Part shown: positions 1 to 9,465 of the stretch, in pieces | How the letters are laid out: each line of letters begins with the position of its first letter | Numbering within the stretch: the first letter of the stretch is position 1 | From: Planctomycetota bacterium | GTDB taxonomy: Bacteria; Planctomycetota; UBA1135; UBA2386 | Length of the DNA stretch: 64,000 nucleotides | Assembly (NCBI GenBank): GCA_965223545.1 | Contig: OZ245006.1 | Coordinates: 6,912,001 to 6,976,000, forward strand | Direction of reading: 5' to 3' | Position numbers and translations under genes: made by a program | The notes under the pieces: model-generated | The model's database searches: none | Told to the model about the DNA's origin: nothing | Seen by the model: only the letters and a program-made list of their open reading frames with translations

Positions 1-1413
1 GGACTCAGCATCAGTGAGCTGGATGTACGTCCGCCAAAGCTCCTCATCTGTCCAACCCGTCACGTTGGACCTGAGCAGGTAGCACCCGGCGCTCTGGTCC
101 ACCCAGTTCGTGTTCTCACAAGCCTCCACGGCAAGCCCCGATGGTCGATCCGGGGCTTCGATCAACGAAACCGAGAAGCACGTGGAGGCCCGCGAGTTCT
201 GGGCCAAGATGCGTCCGATCTGTTGATTGACGCGGTCCCGTTCGATCGACTTCTTCGACGCCGCCAGTCGGCGTTCGAGCGACGCAAGCCTCGCGCGAAT
301 GCGTTCGGCTGCTCGCGCGACAATTGCGGCGTCCTTCTCGATGCGCGCCTGGGAGCGACACAGGATGAACGTCTCCTCCCCGTCCTCGCTCGGGCAGAGC
401 TTGACCTCGACATCCTCACGAATGCTGCGCCAGTCTCGACGGTCGACGATCTCCTGTTCGAAGCGGCGCAGGTCCGAACGCGATGCGCCGATGACGTACC
501 GTCGCCTTCCCTCCTTCAACCATTTCAGGTTGCGCTTGCTCACCATTCCGCGGTCCATGACCCAGATGCGATCAGCAGCACCGAATCGCCGCTCCATCGT
601 CTCGACGATCTCGCGGACCGTCGTGACGTCAGTCCGATTGCCGTCGAACACTTCGTGCGCAAGAGGGATTCCCTGTCTGGTCACGACCAGAGCGATGCAA
701 ACCTGTTTGCAGTCAGGCCGGTGATCTCGGCTGTAGCCACGCTGCGCCTGGGGGTTGCCCAGCATGAGGCCTTCGAAGTAGGTCGAGGTCACGTCGTAGA
801 GCAGCAAGTCGTACTGAACGTCGAACAACTCGCCGAGCCGTGCGCGGAGATGCTGCTCCAGCGCCTCTTTGTGCGGCAGGATCTGGTCGAGAGCCCGGTA
901 GAGCCGGTCGTCGTTGACCTTGCCTTCCGGCAGGCCAAGCAGGTCGTCAAGCGCGGTCTGGCGGTACAGGACTTCAGCCAGGTGCAGCTCGCTGGAGGGC
1001 ATGCACAACCGACAGATGACCATCGCTGCCGCCATCGTCGACCACGGGACATCTTCACGGCCCCGCGGCATGAGCTCCCAGAGTGCGTCGTCGAACTTCA
1101 GTGCGTGCCACAGCGCCAGGCCGACGAAAACGTCGCCGAAGCGGCGTGTCCGGTCGAGGCTGACCTCCTTCAAGCGAATCGACTCGACCGGGTCGTCGTC
1201 TGTCACCGGTGGCTCAAACAGGCTCGGGTGCATTCGGCGACCGGTCATCCGATCTGCCAGCGCACGAGCCCGGCGTCGCCCCTTCGCATCCAGTTTGCCC
1301 AGCTGCGCGATCACCTCCTGCCGCACTCGACGACCGTGCCGCACCGACCGAACGAGGAGCCAGTACTCGTGGGTCTTGCCGTTCTTTCTGACCGTCTTGC
1401 GTCGCAGGTACAC
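1..1413 (-). CDS. IS1634-family DDE transposase, 3' end runs off the window
   Basis: Not in the ORF track because it has no stop in the window. Manual translation from GTG 1413 gives MYLRRKTVRKNGKTHEYWLLVRSVRHGRRVRQEVIAQLG...RRFGDVFVGLALW, and at the window edge GCYLLRSN...LWRTYIQLTDAES. Both are typical IS1634 segments. Confidence 0.9.
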   Translation of the reverse strand, partial: MYLRRKTVRKNGKTHEYWLLVRSVRHGRRVRQEVIAQLGKLDAKGRRRARALADRMTGRRMHPSLFEPPVTDDDPVESIRLKEVSLDRTRRFGDVFVGLALWHALKFDDALWELMPRGREDVPWSTMAAAMVICRLCMPSSELHLAEVLYRQTALDDLLGLPEGKVNDDRLYRALDQILPHKEALEQHLRARLGELFDVQYDLLLYDVTSTYFEGLMLGNPQAQRGYSRDHRPDCKQVCIALVVTRQGIPLAHEVFDGNRTDVTTVREIVETMERRFGAADRIWVMDRGMVSKRNLKWLKEGRRRYVIGASRSDLRRFEQEIVDRRDWRSIREDVEVKLCPSEDGEETFILCRSQARIEKDAAIVARAAERIRARLASLERRLAASKKSIERDRVNQQIGRILAQNSRASTCFSVSLIEAPDRPSGLAVEACENTNWVDQSAGCYLLRSNVTGWTDEELWRTYIQLTDAES

Positions 1414-1576
1414 GTCCGCCGCCTCGCACACAGTTGTCGTGCTCCCTGCCACACCGATCAACGGGGCGGGTTGGCACTACACGGCCGATCTGCGCCGCCG
1501 CGACGGTGGATAGCGGGCTGGCGCCGCGCCGAGGCTCCGAATTGGCCTCAAAAATCGTCGAGCTGCGGAAGTTGGG
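1..1576 (-). mobile_element. IS1634-family insertion sequence (partial), with one end at ~1576 next to CTAG
   Basis: Transposase plus upstream end CCCAACTTCCGCAGC (minus strand from 1576) abutting CTAG at 1577-1580. The protein character of ORF 1477..2010 changes abruptly at this point. Confidence 0.7.
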
Positions 1577-2010
1577 CTAGCGGTCACCGTTTCGCTCGTG
1601 GAGTTCGAGTTGGTGGTGCTCCCGTCGTTGTCGTAGCAGTTCCAACCGGTATAGAAGATGTTATCCACCCACTTACACATCTTCCTCTGAGGGCAATTGC
1701 TGCCCACCAGAGTCACTGTAAACGTGTAGCTCACGGAACAAGTCAGTGGAGCGGGTTGACAATCCCCAGAACCCGCGCAATCACATTGCCCATCCTGATT
1801 GCCGACCGCGGGTGTTCTGGACACGTCGATGCAATCCGGGTCCGGATTGGTAGTTGGGTCGCCGTTCTCGTCCTCGTATTCCCAACTCTTGTCGTAGTCA
1901 CATCCGGCCTCCTCGCAGAGTGGTGGGCCCGACCAGTGCGATGGAGTGGGTGTCGGGATGGCGAACGCGAGCAGTGGGAACAACGCGGCGATGTATGCTG
2001 CGTATATCAT
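1577..2010 (-). pseudogene. Cys-rich secreted protein, 5' part, interrupted by IS1634
   Basis: Upstream RBS AAGGAG, signal peptide MIYAAYIAALFPLLAFA, 10 Cys in ~144 aa. The reading frame runs into the IS end at ...TVTAS|PTSAARR. Confidence 0.6.
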
Positions 2011-2036
2011 TACGCCTACTTCTCCTTTGATGAGGG

Positions 2037-2939
2037 TTACAGGGCTTGTACCATGTCTATTGCTTTGATGCGCAGCGCACTAGCTTCTTGCGGTGTAAGG
2101 AATCCGTTGGATTCAAGCCATGCAACGAGGGCAAGTGTCAGCTCCTGCGATCGGAAGCAATAGTACTCTAGCATTGCTCGGTAGCTCTTTGAGAGCATGG
2201 GGTCGTAGTAGTAGGTTTGACCTCCTATAACGTGCTCAGAAAAACCGACTTTTGTCGGGTCGTGGTGCGCGCTTCGGAGCAGCCGCGCGTACAAGTCGGA
2301 CGGGCGCACTTCATCTTGGTGACCGGTCCCGCCCTTTGCGGCATTCATGAACTGCGCAAGCCGTGTAGCCTTTTCTGCGCATTTCGCTGACAGCTCCTCC
2401 TCGGTCAACTCTGCGCGCAAGACGTTGCTAGTGGCAAGCGCGCGCACCTCCTCCGCAAGCTTTCGGTGCATTTCGCCGGAGACCAAGCGCAAATGGTCCT
2501 GATATGGGGCCATCATGCGGTGGTACGCTTTCCACTGCGCATCCGTAAACGGCTTTTGCCTTGGATTGAATTCCTCGTTGTACGCCAAATGCGCTGCTGT
2601 GGTTGTGTGCAGCGTGAACAGAAGGCGGCTCATGGCAGCGGCCGGTGTCGGCTTGCTCGGCTTGGCTGCTTCCCACAAGGCTGTCGAAGTGCTTGCCATC
2701 GGCTCAGACTCTTCCGCATCTGCCCTCAATCTTGCGACTTTGTCTTCGAATGCCGCTATCTCAGTGTCGATAGGCTTGAGGTACTTGGGGTCGCCCCCAG
2801 TTTCCTCCGAACGCCCATTGGCCATCTCTGGCGTTGAGTCCGCCGGGTCGTGTCTGGCCCAGTCCAGGACTGGGGAGAACATCACCGCCGAAATGAGGGT
2901 TACCGCGAAAACGAGACCTAGAGCTAGGCGATGACTCAT
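2037..2939 (-). CDS. Hypothetical exported or membrane-anchored helical protein
   Basis: 300 aa ORF with RBS GAGGAGG and an N-terminal hydrophobic segment (LALGLVFAVTLISAVMFS). Protein-like composition; lower GC than the core region. Confidence 0.7.
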   Translation of the reverse strand: MSHRLALGLVFAVTLISAVMFSPVLDWARHDPADSTPEMANGRSEETGGDPKYLKPIDTEIAAFEDKVARLRADAEESEPMASTSTALWEAAKPSKPTPAAAMSRLLFTLHTTTAAHLAYNEEFNPRQKPFTDAQWKAYHRMMAPYQDHLRLVSGEMHRKLAEEVRALATSNVLRAELTEEELSAKCAEKATRLAQFMNAAKGGTGHQDEVRPSDLYARLLRSAHHDPTKVGFSEHVIGGQTYYYDPMLSKSYRAMLEYYCFRSQELTLALVAWLESNGFLTPQEASALRIKAIDMVQAL

Positions 2940-3086
2940 CGCGCTGCCTCCTCAGCCGCGCGGCGAGAACGAACGGTTCCGAGCCTCTTACTAGTTGCCA
3001 TGCAACGTTCCCTTCGGGACATGCCCCTGGGTCTAGACAGTCAAACGTAGAGGTTTCCTCGTCCTGCACGCAGATTCTAAAAAAAT

Positions 3087-4638
3087 GGGTGTGAGTTCGG
3101 ATTAACGCGGAGTTGTACCCGGGCCCGATTACGCGACGCCCTCCCTTACGATGCGCTAAGCGGTTTGACAGACCAACGGTTAGCACAACGCAGGGAGGGA
3201 CCTCGCGATGCGCATGATAGACGACGTCGTGCGGCAGTTCCGCCCCGGACTCACGGATTTGGTACGGGACCTTGATGGCGCGGGCCTCACGCCTTCGACC
3301 TTCGTGGCGTTCATCGGCGACTTGAAGGCGGTGATCAACAGCGCCGCTCTCCAGGCGTTCGTGGAGATTCTGCTCAGGCACGAGGAGACGGAGAACACCG
3401 TCGAGCACGGCGGTCAGCAGCACCGGTTCAAGGTGGAGTCCAAGAAGCAGTGGGTCACGCCGTTCGGACTTGCCGAGATGCCGCGCCGGTACTTCCAGCC
3501 GGATCGCGGCGGCGACGGCGTTGTGCCACTCGACGTGCGGTGCGGCATGGTCGACCGGCCGATGACTCCCGACGTCGAGGAGCTGTGTGCGTTCTCGGCT
3601 GCCCACCTCGTTCCGCGAGAAGTCGAGACGCTGCTCGGCAAGATGTTGCCACACCGTCCGTCTGCGACCTCCATCCAGCACGTGGTTCAGTACGTCGGTG
3701 CGTTTGCTGAACGAGCGGAGAAGGAGATCGAGTCGGCGATGCGCGAGCAGGCGCCGCTGAGCACGCAGGGCGACGTGCTCGTGCAGAGCTGGGATGGCGT
3801 CACCGTTCCGCTCCGGGAGATGGGCACGAAAACCGGGCGCAAGCCCGAACGCCCCGGGATTCGGGACGGCGAGGACGACATGACGCCGACAGCGTGGAAG
3901 GAGGCCGGTGTCGCGAGCATCTCGATCTACTCCCGAAACGAAGACAACAAGCCTGTTCGCCTCGATACGAGGTACCTCGCCAGGATGCCCGAGTCCGGGA
4001 TGACGCGGCTCCTCGAGCAGCAGAACGGCATCGTGGGACCGTTGCTGAAGAACCGGCAACTACGCGAGATCGTCTTCCTTTGCGATGGCAAGCCCTCCAT
4101 TTGGACCGGAGCCGAGAAGCTCCAGTCCTTTCTCATGGCCACGCTCATCCTCGACTTCTACCACGCGACCGAGCACCTCTCGAAGGCGGCCGAGGCGCTG
4201 TTCGGCAAGAAGAGCGTGCCCGGTCGGCGATGGTACGACAGGAACTACGAGCGGCTACGTGACACCGCCGGAGGTGCCGCCGCAGCGATTCGCTCGATGC
4301 TGTACTACCGGTCGAAGCTGAAGCTGAGGAAGGGAACCGAGCGCTACAAGGTCGTTGGGCGAGTCATCAAGTACTTCCGCCGCAACCTGGCGCTGATGGA
4401 CTATGCGGGCTTCCGTGCGCGAGGACTCCCGATCGGAAGCGGTCCAGTTGAGGCAGCTTGCAAAACGGTGGTCGGCGCGAGGATCAAGCGCAGCGGAATG
4501 CGTTGGACTCGCGAAGGCGGTCAGCTCGTTCTGAACCTCCGGACTCACGTCCTGTCCGAACGCTGGGACGTCTTCTGGACTACCTACCTGGAGTGCCGGG
4601 ATGCCGCGTGATCGTCACGTGCAAACGAACTCACACCC
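3087..4638 (+). mobile_element. Complete ISKra4-like insertion sequence (1552 bp)
   Basis: Perfect 13-bp terminal inverted repeats GGGTGTGAGTTCG (3087-3099) / CGAACTCACACCC (4626-4638). 8-bp direct repeat AAAAAAAT at 3079-3086 and 4639-4646. Single transposase inside. Confidence 0.92.
3208..4611 (+). CDS. ISKra4/ISLre2-type (UPF0236) DDE transposase
   Basis: Motifs SWDG, LCDG, LDFYHATEHL and GLPIGSGPVEAACKTVVGARIKRSGMRW. Confidence 0.9.
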   Translation: MRMIDDVVRQFRPGLTDLVRDLDGAGLTPSTFVAFIGDLKAVINSAALQAFVEILLRHEETENTVEHGGQQHRFKVESKKQWVTPFGLAEMPRRYFQPDRGGDGVVPLDVRCGMVDRPMTPDVEELCAFSAAHLVPREVETLLGKMLPHRPSATSIQHVVQYVGAFAERAEKEIESAMREQAPLSTQGDVLVQSWDGVTVPLREMGTKTGRKPERPGIRDGEDDMTPTAWKEAGVASISIYSRNEDNKPVRLDTRYLARMPESGMTRLLEQQNGIVGPLLKNRQLREIVFLCDGKPSIWTGAEKLQSFLMATLILDFYHATEHLSKAAEALFGKKSVPGRRWYDRNYERLRDTAGGAAAAIRSMLYYRSKLKLRKGTERYKVVGRVIKYFRRNLALMDYAGFRARGLPIGSGPVEAACKTVVGARIKRSGMRWTREGGQLVLNLRTHVLSERWDVFWTTYLECRDAA

Positions 4639-4982
4639 AAAAAAATGAGACGGGGTGGTGCTCGATCGCGCTCTGCCCCGCTGCGAATGCGCTGAGCCGG
4701 AAAACTAGATCGCCTTGCACCCGCTTTCCGGCAGCCCACTGAGTCTTGAGGCGGAAGGGGGCCAGCTTTCGGCGACCTCTCTATCCGGTCGCTTTCGCGC
4801 GGGGGCCGCCACAGAGCTCGGCGGGGAGCGGAAGGACAGTGCGTAGTTTCCGGCTACTTCTGCGAGAGACCGGACGAATAGAGGGTGGTGGAGCAGCGGT
4901 GGCCTACTGACGGGCCGACCACGATCTGTTGCAACTATTCCGAATCCTGCCGATCACGCGCCGCTCCGTGGCTGCCACCACC

Positions 4983-5312
4983 TTAACGCTGGATGCGAAA
5001 CCCGTCGGCGAGGGTGCGGCGCGTCCGAAAGTCCACGCGCATCAGATTCGGGCCGAGCGACTCGATCCGCAGTTTCTGGAGGCCTCCTTCCTGGCTTGCC
5101 CATGGGCGCAACCACGTGACGACGTCGCCCTTTACAAGGAACACGAGGTCGACGGTACCATCCCCACACTCTTCTTCAGAGGCCGTGAACGCCTGCACTT
5201 CCCTTGAGCCGAGGCGACGCCGACGTTCATACGAAAGGGATACGGCCTGGAGTATGACGCAGAGAGCAACGAGACCCGAGAGGATCGTGTTGATGATCTC
5301 CAGGTAGTCCAT
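4983..5312 (-). CDS. Small hypothetical membrane protein
   Basis: MDYLEIINTILSGLVALCVILQAVSL transmembrane helix followed by RRRR (positive-inside). Confidence 0.5.
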   Translation of the reverse strand: MDYLEIINTILSGLVALCVILQAVSLSYERRRRLGSREVQAFTASEEECGDGTVDLVFLVKGDVVTWLRPWASQEGGLQKLRIESLGPNLMRVDFRTRRTLADGFRIQR

Positions 5313-5472
5313 AGCGCCCAACTACAGCCAACGCGCGACACTCATTCAACGAATGCCAATTGCGCTGTTTCGACGACGAGCCAGAGCGCCCTCCAGGCGG
5401 CGTGCCGACGCCCCAGCCAAACAGCACGACCCCAGCGAGATGCACCCACCCGTCCATAACGACAATTCGTCG

Positions 5473-5798
5473 CTACTCCTCGCACTCCATCGCCTCGGGC
5501 ATTGCATCGCTTAGAAAGCTGGCGATCACAGACCCGAAGAAGGCCACCTCGATCGGTGAGTCCTCATCGATCACGCGCTCGAGCCGGGGATGGCCGCGAC
5601 CAGACCGCTGAGCCAGTCGCTCCCCTGGTCGCGGTCCCTCAGCTGGTCGATCAGCCCGCGGAGTCGCTCGGTTTGCTCTCGACTCGCCTCCGAGCGCCAG
5701 AGCTGGCCGACGCGCGCGCAGACATCTTCGAGCGCTTCCTCCAAGTCCTCCTCGAGGCTGTCGAAGTTGGGGTCACAGTCGTCGCTGGGATGATGCAT
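5473..5798 (-). pseudogene. Small acidic helical protein, apparently frameshifted near 5585
   Basis: ORF 5571..5798 ends ...AAIPGSSA*. An adjacent frame continues LERVIDEDSPIEVAFFGSVIASFLSDAMPEAMECEE* to 5473. Confidence 0.35.
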
Positions 5799-5853
5799 TC
5801 GTGGACCGGTAGGCTGGGTTAATCCGCCGCCGAGACGTTAACGTGGGCAACTA

Positions 5854-6381
5854 ATGAGCGACACGAGAAGTGGGTTGAGCGAGCAGGCAAAGCGCCCACC
5901 ACAGCTGAGCAACGATGTGCGAGTGGTGAGTTGGGCTCTCTTCGCAGTTGGCACTTTCACCTTGCTTGCAACGATCTTGGTGAGCAGCAGGGCGGCGAGC
6001 TGCTCGACCCTTGCGGAATGGACGCTCAACATTCAGATCGGGGTCCAGCTACTGCTGGGCCTGGCTGGTGCACTGCACAGTTACGCGGCCGCTGAGGGGT
6101 TTTCTGCGCGGTACAAAGAGATCACGTGGCTGGTGAAGAGTCAGTGCGTCCAGTTCGTCGACCAACGTCCTGGCGACGAGCGTGCCTCTAGCAGTCCCAT
6201 CCCGGGTTCAGGGGTCGATGGGCTCCGGGTCCTGTACACGGCGGGCGGACTTGGGGGGGCGACACAGGCGCTGTTCCACTCGCCCCTCTCGTCGTCACTG
6301 CCATTGCCACGGCGCTGGCGAACTCCTCGGCCCAGCAGAGACTTGCCGACATCCGCCCCGGACCTTTGGGTTCTCAGGTGA
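5854..6381 (+). CDS. Hypothetical two-TM protein; the C-terminal part is doubtful
   Basis: Two hydrophobic helices (VVSWALFAVGTFTLLATILV; IQIGVQLLLGLAGAL). The tail is low complexity and overlaps the next gene's probable 5' region. Confidence 0.4.
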   Translation: MSDTRSGLSEQAKRPPQLSNDVRVVSWALFAVGTFTLLATILVSSRAASCSTLAEWTLNIQIGVQLLLGLAGALHSYAAAEGFSARYKEITWLVKSQCVQFVDQRPGDERASSSPIPGSGVDGLRVLYTAGGLGGATQALFHSPLSSSLPLPRRWRTPRPSRDLPTSAPDLWVLR

Positions 6382-7994
6382 GTGCGCCCATGGCCGTGGA
6401 CGACGTTGTCTACTTCGCCGCCAACGACGGCGTAGTCGGCGCCGAGCTTTGGCGGGCGGACACCGCGGGAGCCGTTCTTGTCGCCGACCTTCAGCCGGGG
6501 CTCGCATCCTCGAACCCTCGGCCACTGCTTGCTTGGCGCGGCGGAGTCTACTTCGACGCCGAGTTCGCACCGGGGCAGTTCGGCTTGTTTCACATGGACG
6601 ACACCGGGTCGAACATCGCGAGGCTCGCGGTCTTGCGCGTCGCTTCGGCCATGTTCGAGTTGGGCGGCAAGCTTTATTTCACCGGTGGAGCAAACTTCCA
6701 GAACGAGCTTTGGCAGACCGACGGTACCCCTGCGGGCACATTTCAGGTGGTCGACCTCCGCCCGGGCCCGCTTTCCAGTGGCGCCCATAGCCTCATCGTT
6801 GCCGGCGGGCGACTGTTCTTCGGCGCCAACGACGGCGTCCACGGCTACGAGATCTGGATGTCTGACGGCACCGCGGCAGGGACTCAGATCGCCGTCGACC
6901 TCGTGCCCGGCAGCACGGGCTCCCGTGCCGAGCAATTCTTTCCCTACGCTCAACAGATTCTGTTCGCGGCAACGACCCCGGCCACCGGCCTCGAGCTGTT
7001 CACACTCGACCCGGTCACGCTACAGGCCCAACTCGTGTTCGACGTGAGCCCCGGTTCCGGCGGCAGCGACCCATGGCTGTGGCTCGAGTCCAACGGCCGA
7101 TTGTTCTTCACCGCCCACTCTCCAAGCACTGGTTTCGAACCGTGGTCGACCGATGGCACGCCCCAGGGCACGGTCGGCGTCGACATCATGCCGGGTTTGA
7201 GGAGCGCGCTGGCGGGTTACCCGGCGTCAGTCTCCGGCGGGATCGTGCTCGCGGCCACGTCGCCGGCCGGACGCGAGTTGTGGTTCACCGACGGCAGCCC
7301 AGCGGGGACACGGCTCGTGATCGACCTCGCGCCCGGTAGCTCATCCAACCCGACCGACCTGCGGCGCATCGCCGCGAACGATCGCCTACTGTTCGCGGCC
7401 GATGCACGGGATGGCCGAGGCGTCGAGCTCTTTCAAACCGACGGTACTCCGGTGGGCAGCGGCCCGCTCGCCGAGATCAATCCCCTGGGCGACGGGGCGC
7501 CGCGCGATTTCGTCCGCAGCGGACGGTGGGTGTTCTTCGTCGCCGACGATGGCGTCGCCGGGGAAGAGCCCTGGATCCTCGACCTCAGCGTCATCGGTGG
7601 AGCGGTCGCGGATCCCTACGGCACGAGCTGTCCTGCAACGAACGGGCCCCAGCTCACTACGAACCTGCCGCCCACGCTCGGGGCCAGTGGGTTCGCGCTC
7701 ACCCTGGCAACGAGCGCGCTGCAGCAACCGGCACTCTTGCTCCTCGGCACGCAGCGGGTTGCGATCCCCGTCGCCGGCTTCATCCAACCCTGCAGCCTGC
7801 TGGTCGGCGGCACGACGGCGCACGCCGTCGGAACGACCGACTCCGCGGGCCAGTTGTCGATCCCACTGACGATTCCTGCGATACCGAGCCTCCTCGGCGC
7901 CGAGCTGGCCGCCCAAGGCGCCGTGGCGGACGCGCGCGTCGCCGGCACAGGCTTCGCGCTGAGCGAAGGGCTGCGGATGGTGTTGGGCGGCTGA
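6366..7994 (+). CDS. ELWxxDGT-repeat (beta-propeller) exported protein with a C-terminal beta module; true start probably upstream
   Basis: Repeats ELWRADT, ELWQTDGT, EIWMSDGT, EPWSTDGT, ELWFTDGS and ELFQTDGT. An in-frame signal-like segment lies upstream (6261-6365). Confidence 0.9.
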   Translation: MGSQVSAPMAVDDVVYFAANDGVVGAELWRADTAGAVLVADLQPGLASSNPRPLLAWRGGVYFDAEFAPGQFGLFHMDDTGSNIARLAVLRVASAMFELGGKLYFTGGANFQNELWQTDGTPAGTFQVVDLRPGPLSSGAHSLIVAGGRLFFGANDGVHGYEIWMSDGTAAGTQIAVDLVPGSTGSRAEQFFPYAQQILFAATTPATGLELFTLDPVTLQAQLVFDVSPGSGGSDPWLWLESNGRLFFTAHSPSTGFEPWSTDGTPQGTVGVDIMPGLRSALAGYPASVSGGIVLAATSPAGRELWFTDGSPAGTRLVIDLAPGSSSNPTDLRRIAANDRLLFAADARDGRGVELFQTDGTPVGSGPLAEINPLGDGAPRDFVRSGRWVFFVADDGVAGEEPWILDLSVIGGAVADPYGTSCPATNGPQLTTNLPPTLGASGFALTLATSALQQPALLLLGTQRVAIPVAGFIQPCSLLVGGTTAHAVGTTDSAGQLSIPLTIPAIPSLLGAELAAQGAVADARVAGTGFALSEGLRMVLGG

Positions 7995-8076
7995 GGCCGG
8001 CAGCACCTGCCGCCACTGGTGATCGACGAGGACGGACAAGGGGCCTTGCCGTGCCCGTCGCGCACTGACCGAGGGT

Positions 8077-8082
8077 TAGAGT
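8077..8082 (+). promoter_or_regulatory. -10-like box TAGAGT, 6 nt before the GTG start (leaderless architecture)
   Basis: TAGAGT-gtcgcc-GTG(8089), no Shine-Dalgarno. Confidence 0.5.
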
Positions 8083-8088
8083 GTCGCC

Positions 8089-8973
8089 GTGACCGAGCGG
8101 GTGCGAGGCCAAGCGATGAGACCCGGCCGCAGCGTGACCGTCGTGCGCCAATGGGACCACGGAGTGCGGCTGCGGATCGCCATCACCGGATTGCCCGACG
8201 CGGACTGCGTCTTGCGCGTGTTTGCGGGCGGGCGAGCAGGCACGGTGATCCTGCACAGCGGAACCACCGGCGCCGAGCACATCAGCGCGTCGCCAGAGGG
8301 GCGGCAGCTGGTCGATGACCTGGTGGCTCGGGGCTACGGGGTCGTCGATCGCAAGTGGATCGGCGGATGGTGGGGCACCGGGGCGTCGATTCGGGACGAG
8401 GCCGAACGAGGCGCGATGGTCGCGGACTGGGTCATGGTGACCGGCGGCACCGGGGGTGGGTTGCGCGGGCCGTTTCGCGCCTTCGGCAACAGTGGCGGCG
8501 CTGCCGAGATCGCCTACGGTCTGACGTCGTACGGCATGGGGACTCGTTGGGACCGGGTCGTGCTCGGCGGCGGGCCGCCGATGGCGCGGCTACAGCACCT
8601 GTGCGCTGAGCCGCCTGCCCACGAGTGGCGGCAAGAGGCGGAGAGTGCGCTCGCTCCATACGCGGCGCAATTCACGTGCGGTCCGATGCGGTGGTCCGAC
8701 CCGACGGCCGTCGTGTGTCCGGTCATCGGCGGGTTCGAGCCCGCCGCGCTGGCGCAGATGAGCGTGTTGCACGCGGGAGCGACAACCTCGTTCTCGTGCG
8801 ATGTGGCGACGCTGATGGGCAGCGACGACTGTACCGTGGCCGTGCCGCAGGGCGCGGTCTTCTACGCGGCGGTCCAGTCGGCGAAGACGCTCGCCGTCGT
8901 GCCCGGGGCGCCGCACTTCGTGCCGGCGACCGCCGCGGGGCGCGCGGCGATCGTCGCCGAGACCGACGGGTGA
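8089..8973 (+). CDS. Alpha/beta-hydrolase fold protein
   Basis: Nucleophile elbow FGNSGG, candidate Asp in MGSDD and candidate His in GAPH. Confidence 0.7.
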   Translation: MTERVRGQAMRPGRSVTVVRQWDHGVRLRIAITGLPDADCVLRVFAGGRAGTVILHSGTTGAEHISASPEGRQLVDDLVARGYGVVDRKWIGGWWGTGASIRDEAERGAMVADWVMVTGGTGGGLRGPFRAFGNSGGAAEIAYGLTSYGMGTRWDRVVLGGGPPMARLQHLCAEPPAHEWRQEAESALAPYAAQFTCGPMRWSDPTAVVCPVIGGFEPAALAQMSVLHAGATTSFSCDVATLMGSDDCTVAVPQGAVFYAAVQSAKTLAVVPGAPHFVPATAAGRAAIVAETDG

Positions 8974-9002
8974 ACGCGCGCGCGGCCCGAAGACCAGCTC
9001 GA

Positions 9003-9410
9003 CTACTGCATCAGCTCGTCGAGCAGATCGCGGGCGACGTAGATCGGCGCGCCGACCTGCACGGCGATGGCGATGGCATCCGAGGGGCGGCAGTCGACTT
9101 CGCGGTCGACGTCTTCGCCGGCGATCCGCAGGGAGAGCACCGCGTAGAACGTGTCGTCGCGGAGCTCGGTGATGACCACGCGGCGCAGGGTGCAATCGAG
9201 CGCACCGAGGATCAGGCCGATGAGGTCGTGCGTCATCGGCCGGCGCGTGCGCTGCTTGAGCAGCTTGGACTGGATCTCCCAGGCCTCGTTGAAGCCGATC
9301 TTGATCGGGAACGTGCGCTCGCCATCGACCTCGCGCAGGTAGATCCGCTGCTCGTGCACCTTGTCCTGGATCAGCAAACGGGTGAGCTTGATCTCGACGG
9401 TGTCTTGCAT
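9003..9410 (-). CDS. Bifunctional nuclease family protein (DUF151/BFN)
   Basis: FPIKIGFNEA, RPMTHDL and DCRPSDAIAIA motifs. ATG at 9410. Confidence 0.92.
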   Translation of the reverse strand: MQDTVEIKLTRLLIQDKVHEQRIYLREVDGERTFPIKIGFNEAWEIQSKLLKQRTRRPMTHDLIGLILGALDCTLRRVVITELRDDTFYAVLSLRIAGEDVDREVDCRPSDAIAIAVQVGAPIYVARDLLDELMQ

Positions 9411-9465
9411 GTCGCGGCGGGAATCGCGGGCGGGGCGCGGGCGCGGTCCTTTATACCAACACGAG

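Noticed and set aside
223..2163. 646-aa plus-strand ORF
   Set aside because: Antisense shadow of the IS1634 transposase and the Cys-rich gene; no recognisable motifs.
2761..4059. 432-aa minus-strand ORF
   Set aside because: Antisense to the ISKra4-like transposase and crosses the IS boundary.
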